Positions 22,984 through 31,524 of a DNA stretch of 64,000 nt are shown here, piece after piece; the first letter of the stretch is position 1; the number at the start of each line of letters is the position of its first letter. Made by a program: the position numbers and the translations under genes. Origin of the DNA: Macrostomum lignano (lineage: Eukaryota); assembly GCA_002269645.1 (NCBI GenBank), contig NIVC01000212.1, forward strand, positions 372,001 to 436,000, written 5' to 3'. The notes below the pieces were generated by a model. That model saw only the letters and a list, made by a program, of their open reading frames with translations, ran no database searches and was not told the DNA's origin.

Positions 22984-25900
22984 ATGATCAGCAACCAGGG
23001 AATCCATTGCCTGCAGATTAATCTGCAGCACTGCGTCGCAGCCTCGGTCAACCTTATGCGTTACGCCGAGCTCGACAAGCCGGGGCTCATCCTCGTCCAG
23101 GAACCCTGGACTCTCAGAGGTAAGCCTCAAAACGCCCCTGCTGGCTACAATTGTTTTTATACTTACCCTCGCGAGGCCAACCAGCCTCCCAGAGCTTGCA
23201 TCTTTGCGAGCAAAACGCTCAGTGCGTGGCTCAGATCGGACCTGTCCAACAGGGACATCTGCGTCATCCAATCCGAGGACCTTCTTCCTGGGAAGACCAC
23301 CCTCATTGCCTCGGTTTACCTACCAGGCGATGCTGCGGTCGTCCCCAGAGCCCTCGCTACGCTGGTAGAGCTCTGCTCTGCCAAAAACTACGAGCTCATG
23401 GTTGCCGGCGACATCAACGCCCACCACACTCACTGGGGCAGCACTGGCATTAATCAGAGAGGCGAAGACCTCCTAGCCTACGTTGCCTCTACGACCCTCG
23501 AGTTCTGCAACTCTGGGTCCACCCCTACCTTTGACAACGGACGGTGGTCGGAGGTGATCGACGCTACGCTCGCAACGCCCAGACTCTACCAGAGTATTGG
23601 GGCGTGGCGGGTGCTTCCAGTGTCCTCACTATCGGATCACAAGTTCATCTCCTTCAACCTAATGGCCGCGCGTAGCGCAACTCGTGTTACGTGGAGACGG
23701 AACGCCAGAAATACGGATTGGGAAACCTTCGGGCTCGCCCTGAAGGAATTCCATCGGTCTCCTGGCCAACCATCCACGATCACGTCGTGCCGAGAGGCGG
23801 ATGAGTGCGCGACTGTTTTGACAGAGACGCTAACCGCCGCCTTTGAGGCGTCATGCCCTTTAAAAGCCTATAAAGGGAAAAAATCGGCGCCGTGGTGGAA
23901 TCCCGAGCTCGGCAACCTCCGTCGCAGGGCTAAGAGACTCCACCGCAGAGCAACTAAAACTAAGAGCCCTGCAGACCAAACCGCCTATCATGAAGCAATT
24001 CATGAGTTTAAAAGGCAGGTTAGGAATGCAAAGGCTCAAAAATGGCGACAATACTGTGAGGAGCTAGAGGGCTCACACCCCACCTCCAGAGTTGTGAAAG
24101 CGCTCACGCTGGACAAAATGTCTAAGCTCTCCTCGGTCAAACGCACCGACGGTACGTCCACGGACAACCCAGGGGAAACGCTTGATGTAATGCTCACTGC
24201 GTTTTTCCCTAACGAGCCAGCTAACCAGACCACTCCGGATCACTCGGAGGGAGGTCACGCGCTGGCTGCATCTATCATCACGGAGGACCGCATTGTGAGA
24301 GCGGCAAATTCCTTCAAGCCTTTCAAAGCCCCAGGACCCGACGGCATTGTACCGGCCCTTCTAAGAGAGGCGGTTAAATGCCCAGGCTTCCTGCGCAAAC
24401 TTTGCAGCCTTCTTCGGGCATGCATCACGCTTGGTTATGTCCCGCAGGCATGGACCGAGGCAAAGGTGATCTTTATCCCTAAGCCAGGCCGCCCGGACTA
24501 CCATTCTATCAAATCCTTCAGACCGATCAGCTTGACCTCCTCCCTGGTCAAGCTGATGGAGAGACTGGTGCTTTGGCGCCTTCTCTCTGTTGAGCTGAAG
24601 AACAAACCTCTCAGCGAGAACCAGCACGCTTTTCGGGCGGGTCGCTCCACTGAAAGCGCGCTGCACGTCCTGGTCGATAAACTCGAGAAGGCCGTGCTTG
24701 GTAGTGGCTTTGCTCTGGGGATCTTCCTGGACATCATTGGCGCCTTCGATAACGTCCTCTTTGAGGCGTTCCGAAGAGCTCTTTGTGAGAGGCTAACGCA
24801 CTCACATCTCACCAGATGGATCATGTACATGATCAGCCATCGCACGGCCACCGCCAGTCTGCTGGGCTACCAGAGGACGGTCCCCGTCTGCAAAGGTAGC
24901 CCGCAAGGTGGGGTGCTGTCTCCAGTTCTCTGGAATATGGTCATCGATGAGCTCCTCCGGGATGTTCGGCCTGACCCCATTCTGAAAGTTGGATATGCGG
25001 ACGATGTCACCGCGGTGGCATCTGGTCCGTCCCCTGATACCCTCAGGGACCTTCTTCAGAACTTCATCTACGCTGCTGAGCAATGGGCGGACCGCTGTGG
25101 TTTAAGGCTCTCTGAGACTAAGACCGCAGCGATCATGTTCACCAGCAGGACCAAGTGGCAGATTCGGCCGCTCACGCTTTACGGAAGGGAAATCCCCTTC
25201 TGCAAGCAGACTAAATGTCTGGGTATTACCCTGGACCACAGGCTGAACTGGTCTCCCCACGTTCAAACAAAAGCCAAAAAGGCCTTCGCAGTCCTCGCGC
25301 AATTGCGCAGGGCCGTCGGCACCACCTGGGGGCTCACCCCCAAGCGCCTCTGGTGGATCTACACTGCAATGGTTAGGCCCGCTATCTCGTATGGCGGCCT
25401 GATCTGGGCTAGCGCCCTGCAGATAAAGACCTGTCTAGAGGCTCTCAGGAGAGCGCAAGGGCGCGCTTGTCGCACGATCATGAGCGCCCCTCCGTCTGCT
25501 CCTTACGATGGCCTCAACGCCTTCCTCAACATTCCTCCGCTGGACATCTTTGTCCGCAGGGAAGCGGCTAAGACTGCCCGCCGTCTAGCTGACGCTGGCA
25601 TTCGAATCCAGCCCCATAGGGCCATGGCTAAGCGCAAGCTTCTGCCCCACGCTGACCTCTGCCTCAAGGACTTGAGAGACAGCGGCGGGCTCCACGTCCT
25701 ATCTGACGGCGAACCCCGCACTCTCAACCTCTTTCAGCGCTACAAGGTCACCATCCCCTCTAGGGATGCTGCCAATGACCACTGGAATTTCCAGGAGGTC
25801 CATTGCTACACGGACGGATCCATCAAAGACGGTCGCGCCGGCTTTGGGGTCTGCATCATCATCAACGGCCGCGTAATTGCCACGCATGCCCAGCACACTG

Positions 25901-26688
25901 GTAGACTCTCTACAGTCTTCCAGAACGAAGTCCTTGCCATCAGCTCTTGCGCTGCAGAGCTAAACGCCAAGGTTACGAGAGGAAAGACTATTGTCATCCA
26001 CTCCGACAGCCAAGCGGCCTTACAGGCCCTTTGCCACACCACAACGAACTCCCGGACAGTCGCCGACTGCGCCCGGCAGCTCAACCTCCTGGCCAGAAGC
26101 AATACTGTCAGGCTGAAGTGGATCCCAGGGCACGCAGGGTTTCCGGGGAACGAGCTGGCAGACACCCTCGCCAAGAGGGGCGGCTCTGGCTCTTTTTTCG
26201 GCCCTGCCCCCCTGGTCCCTATGCCCTTGACAGTCATCAATCGTCAGATCGACGACTGGGCTGACTCCCTCCACAGGGACAGATGGGCGGGCACCCAAAA
26301 CTGCCGGCAATCTCGTGCCGCGGTTCCTTGCCCGTCTCACAGGCTCAGAAACATCCTTCTGAACCAGAATCGGAAGGATATTCGAGCCCTTGTCATGACC
26401 CTTACCGGCCATGGCTACCTCGCCAGGCACTGCTTCCTCCGAGGCGACCTCGAGAGCGAAATTTGCCCCTTTTGCGAGTGCGACAATGAAGATGCTCAGC
26501 ACTTTGTCTGTCACTGCCCTTTCTTTAACAGAGACCGGCTACGCTACCTCGGGCCGAACCCGTCCATTGACGAGGTTTGCCAGCCCGACAGCATCCCACG
26601 GCTCATCCAGTTCCTTCGGGCGACTAGACGAGCCAGTTTCTTCCCAACGGAAGATCACGCTGCAGGACGGACCGGCGGACCACCCTGA
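22984..26688 (+). CDS. LINE ORF2: APE endonuclease, reverse transcriptase, RNase H, C-terminal CCHC finger (1234 aa, uninterrupted)
   Basis: LQINLQH, LVQEPW, GDINAHH, SDH (APE); FRPISL, LDIIGAFD, GSPQGGVLSP, YADD (RT); YTDGS, HSDSQAAL, WIPGH..GNELAD (RNase H); CPFC..ED..HFVCHC. Confidence 0.96.
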   Translation: MISNQGIHCLQINLQHCVAASVNLMRYAELDKPGLILVQEPWTLRGKPQNAPAGYNCFYTYPREANQPPRACIFASKTLSAWLRSDLSNRDICVIQSEDLLPGKTTLIASVYLPGDAAVVPRALATLVELCSAKNYELMVAGDINAHHTHWGSTGINQRGEDLLAYVASTTLEFCNSGSTPTFDNGRWSEVIDATLATPRLYQSIGAWRVLPVSSLSDHKFISFNLMAARSATRVTWRRNARNTDWETFGLALKEFHRSPGQPSTITSCREADECATVLTETLTAAFEASCPLKAYKGKKSAPWWNPELGNLRRRAKRLHRRATKTKSPADQTAYHEAIHEFKRQVRNAKAQKWRQYCEELEGSHPTSRVVKALTLDKMSKLSSVKRTDGTSTDNPGETLDVMLTAFFPNEPANQTTPDHSEGGHALAASIITEDRIVRAANSFKPFKAPGPDGIVPALLREAVKCPGFLRKLCSLLRACITLGYVPQAWTEAKVIFIPKPGRPDYHSIKSFRPISLTSSLVKLMERLVLWRLLSVELKNKPLSENQHAFRAGRSTESALHVLVDKLEKAVLGSGFALGIFLDIIGAFDNVLFEAFRRALCERLTHSHLTRWIMYMISHRTATASLLGYQRTVPVCKGSPQGGVLSPVLWNMVIDELLRDVRPDPILKVGYADDVTAVASGPSPDTLRDLLQNFIYAAEQWADRCGLRLSETKTAAIMFTSRTKWQIRPLTLYGREIPFCKQTKCLGITLDHRLNWSPHVQTKAKKAFAVLAQLRRAVGTTWGLTPKRLWWIYTAMVRPAISYGGLIWASALQIKTCLEALRRAQGRACRTIMSAPPSAPYDGLNAFLNIPPLDIFVRREAAKTARRLADAGIRIQPHRAMAKRKLLPHADLCLKDLRDSGGLHVLSDGEPRTLNLFQRYKVTIPSRDAANDHWNFQEVHCYTDGSIKDGRAGFGVCIIINGRVIATHAQHTGRLSTVFQNEVLAISSCAAELNAKVTRGKTIVIHSDSQAALQALCHTTTNSRTVADCARQLNLLARSNTVRLKWIPGHAGFPGNELADTLAKRGGSGSFFGPAPLVPMPLTVINRQIDDWADSLHRDRWAGTQNCRQSRAAVPCPSHRLRNILLNQNRKDIRALVMTLTGHGYLARHCFLRGDLESEICPFCECDNEDAQHFVCHCPFFNRDRLRYLGPNPSIDEVCQPDSIPRLIQFLRATRRASFFPTEDHAAGRTGGPP

Positions 26689-27314
26689 CCGGCCCCACGC
26701 CTCTGCCTGTCTGCGGGCCTTCAGGGGCTAGCGGAATGGGCGACCCTCGCCTCCCCGCTGTGTCTACGGACCACCCTGCAGCTAAGTCAAAGTCAAGTCA
26801 GCATGCAAGTTTTTAAAATGATTATTTATTACTTTTTTAGCTTTCAAATCGCTTAGATGACCTCTGTGTTTCGCTAAAAAGATGGAATAGCAAAGACGTG
26901 CAATACGAAGTCTGTTTTGGAAAAAAACGTGCAAGATTTCCGTATTTTCTGTGTTAACTTTAACGGATTAACGCTTATTAACGATTATCAGTTAATTTTC
27001 AGTTAACTTAACGAAATTAGGAGTTTAAAAGTAAAGATTTTTTTGTTTTAACGCTAACGCTTTTGCTATTAACGGAAGTTAAGTTTTTCATTAACGGTTC
27101 CCAACACTGCCTGTAAATAATCCTAATTCTTCGGTGGTTGTACTTCGTAGTTAATTGCAAAATGCATGTCATCGTCAGGCGGTTTAGGCCATCGATGATA
27201 ACCCTCACATATAGTTTTTGTTCTGATAGACTACTTGTACTTGTAGACGCTCCAAGAAATGGAAATTCATGGCCTAGGTGGCTAGCCCTAGCGAGCGCTA
27301 GGGTAGGCCTAGGC

Positions 27315-28232
27315 CAAAGAATACTGAGCTAATACATAGAATGCCAGTGTCGTTCAAAAAGTGAAGCTGAAATGTCGATTTCTTCGGGCACTTACTTTTT
27401 GACCATAAACAAAATTTATTAAGGAAGTCATTTAATATTAAGACGTCTTTTCTGTTGGAATACAAAAACAAGTAATGTTTAAGTTCAGTCATTTAAGTCT
27501 TTAACAGCGCATTTGACTGGCATCCTTCCTGCTGCAACCATAGAACTTTGGCTACAACTTGCAAACTGCCACTTTTGTTGAATGCAGTGATGCACAGAAT
27601 ACTGAGCTAATATTAATATTAGGCCTAATATTAATATTAGCTCAGCAGGCCCCTATTCTTTGGTTGAATGCAGTTTTTGTTTTGTGTTTATATGGCAAAA
27701 GTAAACGAAGAGCTTGCGTGCATGGCCGCCGTTCACGTAAGCTCAGAATTGCGTGCACGGCAGAGCTATATCTTATACTACTATAGGCTTATACATTAAG
27801 TCATATACTATTCGAATTAATATTCAAAAAATTCAAGTTAACAAAAAAAACAATGAATTAAGATTACATTTGCAGTCCATGGTGTACGGGGGATAAAACA
27901 TTAGGCCTATAAAACAATATAGTAAAAATATTTTTTAATTAGGTTTGCCAATGCCAATGCGTGGATTTAAGGGCCCCAGGCCCGGCCAATTGCCGGCTGC
28001 CGTGCACGCAATTACAACACTAGGTGTACGGCTGCATACATGCAAATAAAGCACTAGGTAGATAGCCGCCGTGCACGCAATTCTGAGCTTACGTGAACAG
28101 CTGCCGTGCACGCAAGCTCTTCGAAAAGTAAATGCCTAAGGCTAAGGAATCAAGATTTCAGCTTCACTTTTTAAATGACACTGGATATGGCATTCTATGT
28201 TATATGTATTAGCTTAGCTCAGTATTCTTTGA
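27315..28232. mobile_element. Degenerate inverted-repeat element (old MITE/foldback) hosting a younger MITE
   Basis: caaagaatactgagctaatacatagaatgccagtgtc..aaaaagtgaagctgaaat is imperfectly inverted at ~28155-28232; no TSD seen. Confidence 0.45.
27706..28123. mobile_element. 418-bp MITE with 9-bp TSD (MuDR-type)
   Basis: TIR CGAAGAGCTTGCGTGCA...TGCACGCAAGCTCTTCG (~60 bp, imperfect); TSD AAAAGTAAA at 27697-27705 and 28124-28132. Confidence 0.8.
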
Positions 28233-28650
28233 GGTAGGCCTATGCCGCCTATATTATTTTTAAAGTTTAAACAACATTTCATATGTTGGTAGAGTCGCTC
28301 GCTTGGCGAGAAGAATAAATAGAAAGCCTAATATCAACATTTGAATATGATTGCAATTTCTAACAACTTCAACACATTTCGCACGCCATGGTGCATCGTC
28401 AGGATTTTATTAAAACGATTTGAGAAATTGAAATTGAAAGCGATTGATTAAATATTGGTTTTGCAACGTACATAGGTAAGGAGGGTAATGGGTAAGATTG
28501 AAAACAATTAATTACAACTTGGCTTTAACAACATACATAGGTATAGTAGGTAGGAGAAAGAATTATAGATTGAGATTGAAAGTTAAACCAAATGTACACA
28601 ATTCTTGTCCAGTGGTCAAAAGGCAGAATCAGGGGCGGTAGCTTAAGTAA

Positions 28651-29260
28651 TTGAACGTCAAGCTAAGTGTACACAGCATGCATGACTATGTCACTCACTG
28701 TTCAGAAAACGCGGAGAACGTGGAGAACGCAGAGATCAACAAGTTTATCTTGGACAAAATCACCAAACAAAAACCTGAGCAATCTGTTACCACTGAAGAA
28801 TTTGAACCCATTCTGCGTCTCCCCTTCCTTAGACCTCCATCTCTAGCCTTTAAAAACAGAATGCGTAGGTTATTCTTTGCCTCTTTCAATCATAACATCC
28901 GGGTCGTCTTCCACATGAACAAGATTGGAAACTTTGTTAGCAGATTAAAGTCGCGTGTTCCTTGTACTCTGCGTGCAGGTGTTGTCTACCAATTTAACTG
29001 CTCTGTGGACCAGAGTGTCTCCTACGTAGGGAAAACCAAAAGACACCTACATACAAAGATCAGGGAACACTGGCTCAAACCATCTGCTATACAAACTCAC
29101 CTCCTTGAATGCACTAACTGCAATCACTGCAAACCAGAAGAACACTAAAATCATTGACCAAAGCCATACTGATGCCAAACTTAGAATTCTCGAGGCCCTG
29201 CACATAAAAGCTCAGACCCCAAATCTCAACACCCAATTACAACATAGTGGCGCAAGTCAC
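28651..29260 (+). pseudogene. Penelope RT C-terminus/GIY-YIG endonuclease fragment, frameshifted
   Basis: LRLPF...GVVYQFNCSVDQSVSYVGKTKRHLHTKIREH...SAIQTHLLEC, then in a shifted frame KIID..LRILEALHIKAQTPNLNTQ. Confidence 0.85.
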
Positions 29261-29342
29261 ATTCTCCTTACCTGTGTACGTTGCAAAAACCAATATTTAA
29301 TCAATCGCTTTCAATTTCAATTTCTTAAATCATTCTAATAAA

Positions 29343-29380
29343 ATCCTGACAATGCACCATGGCGTGCGAAACGCGTTGAA
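29343..29380 (+). ncRNA. Minimal hammerhead ribozyme-like motif in the Penelope pLTR (degenerate); inverted sister copy at ~28368-28405
   Basis: CTGAC(A/G)A-T-GCAC catggc GTGC-GAAAC GC GTT: CUGANGA core, stem II, GAAA and a short palindromic stem III, as known for PLE hammerheads. Confidence 0.6.
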
Positions 29381-30741
29381 GTTGTTAGAAATTGCAATCA
29401 TATTCAAATGTTGATATTAGGCTTTCTAATATTTCATATCATGTCAATGTCATAAGGGCTAGTTTTAAGATAATTAGGCCTAATGGTTTGAGTTGATACT
29501 AGGCATATTTTCTATATAAATTATTTTGGCAAGAATAGATTTTGACTTTAACTTTAACTTTTAAGTTTTAACATAAATTGAATGGTATAGTATAGAATAA
29601 GATAATTTATTAGCCAGTTGATAGTCATTTTGTCTACTACCAGTTTGTTTACCACTTTTGTCTGCTAAAATATAATGCATACAGTATAGTCATTTAGTCC
29701 ACCACAAATTATTAAATAGGCCTATAATGTCAGTACCAATGTTTAGCAATAGGCCTACATATAATATTAAAAAGAAATATCTATACCTAGATATATCTTA
29801 AAAAAGAAAGATCTTTTTTAAGAAATATCTTAAAAAATACCCAGGCCTATCCTATAATATTGATAAAGATAATAAACTCGTTTTGTTTAAAAATAAAATG
29901 TATCATTAAATGTTATTTATTAAAGGACCCAAACATTGATATGACCTATATATATAAACTTTTTTGTTTATAATTGGGATGGTATAGGCCTAGTCTTGTG
30001 GCTTAGGCTTATTCAAAAATACTGGTTTATTATATTATTGATTAAATTAGAAGTGTAGTGTCTACTTTGGCATTTGTGAATGCATCTAACAAATGTGCAT
30101 CATTGATGCTAAAGTTAAGTGAAAATGATAACAGTTAAAGATATAATGTTATAGATGGCACTAGATAGCTCTAAACTACTGTCAATACTAGCTGCACTAA
30201 GCTGAAGCCATATGTTCTTAGTCTATTATAGGTTTACTAGGCCTAGTTTGCAATTGATCTATATATGAAAGAACCAGTTAATTTGGCAATAGGTTGATTT
30301 AGTGACTAGTCAATTTGGTAACAATCAGTTCAATGACATATAAGGGTATTTCAAACAAGGTGGTAATTTGTCATCTATTGCATTGAGTTCGCATGTTTAT
30401 TCTAATTCCAAAATAAGACAAAGTGATAAGCCTTACATACCACTATATATGCGTGCTTTTGCCAGTGTAAGTCACATGTCCCCTCCTGCTAATAGTAAAA
30501 CAAATGTTGTCTATTGTGTGGTGATGCATATTAATAGCTCAATGGGCCACAGAATGGTAAAGTAGAAATTAAGTTGCATTCAATTAATTTTTTAATGCTT
30601 GATTTTAATTGTAACAAATGGACCACTGCATTGTATGCTAGAAGATATATGTATATAGAACCAATTATACTGCTGCCATTGACTGTGATGTATACCACAA
30701 GTGGCAACATATAGAATGTAATTCCAGTAAGTATTTATATA

Positions 30742-31137
30742 ACAGGTGATCCAAAAAATGGACGAACTTTGTAGTGAAACTGTGCCAAAGCAATACAATG
30801 AATCTTTACAGGCTCGCAGCAGGTGAATCTTGACACCTGTAAGTTTTTTTCTGCCAACTTTGGAATGAATATTCCAAATAGTCTTTGGCTTTAAGTTGAA
30901 AGTGTCTTTGGTTGTTTTTACAATTACACATCTACTGTCTATGGCTTCAAGTTGAAAGTGACTGTTGGCTAAATTTAGAATGGCTATTTTAGGAAACTGG
31001 ATAAAGATATCCATTCCAAAGTTGGTAGAAAAAATCTTACAGGTATCAGGATTCACCTGCTGCAAGCCTGTAAAGATTCACTGTATTGCCTTGGCACAGT
31101 TTCACTACAAAGTTTGTCCATTTTTTGGATTACCCGT
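30742..31137. mobile_element. 396-bp Tc1/mariner-type MITE
   Basis: ~130-bp imperfect TIRs (acaggtgatccaaaaaatggacgaactttgtagtgaaac... / ...ttttttggattacccgt) flanked by TA. Confidence 0.7.
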
Positions 31138-31524
31138 TATGTACCACTCAAATACCAAAGTTTGGTGCTGATGTAGAATAAAATACATGAAATATAGTTA
31201 ACAAATGGTATATGATGTATAGTGGTACAAGTACGTCAATTCAATTCTGTGTGTAGACATCTCCAAAAAATAGTATGCTCGTATTAAGTCTGTTGCTTAA
31301 GTCAAGTAATGCAATGCAAGTAACAAATATAGTCAGCAAAGAGAAGTAGAAAAAATGCACTCACTCCAAGTCTAAGACTCCAAGGAGGCATACATCCTAT
31401 ATACTAAAATGCACCTCTGAAAATGTGTTATTCAGCATGATTAAAACAAAATTTTCTTACTTGAATGGCAAGGACTATAATAGCAATATTTTAAATTTTA
31501 AATAGTATACTATATAGCTTTCTA

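Larger units (their letters stand above)
21043..26800 (+). mobile_element. Apparently full-length non-LTR retrotransposon (LOA/R1-like, I group) with ORF1 and ORF2
   Basis: 12-bp TSD GCATGCAAGTTT at 21031-21042 and 26801-26812; 3' tail of AAGTC-type repeats; two ORFs. Confidence 0.92.
9411..27109 (+). mobile_element. hAT-type MITE copy A (original ~884 bp), interrupted by nested insertions
   Basis: TIRs CAGTGTTGGG(CACC)...(GGTT)CCCAACACTG; 8-bp TSD CCTGTAAA at 9403-9410 and 27110-27117. The pieces 9411-9472, 19625-19927, 20821-21042 and 26813-27109 rejoin colinearly with the intact copy at 37381-38261. Confidence 0.92.
28320..29428 (+). mobile_element. 5'-truncated Penelope-like element with inverted pseudo-LTRs
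   Basis: GIY-YIG remnant (see next feature) followed by a pLTR at ~29270-29428, with an inverted copy at ~28320-28475. This is the typical PLE insertion architecture. Confidence 0.85.
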
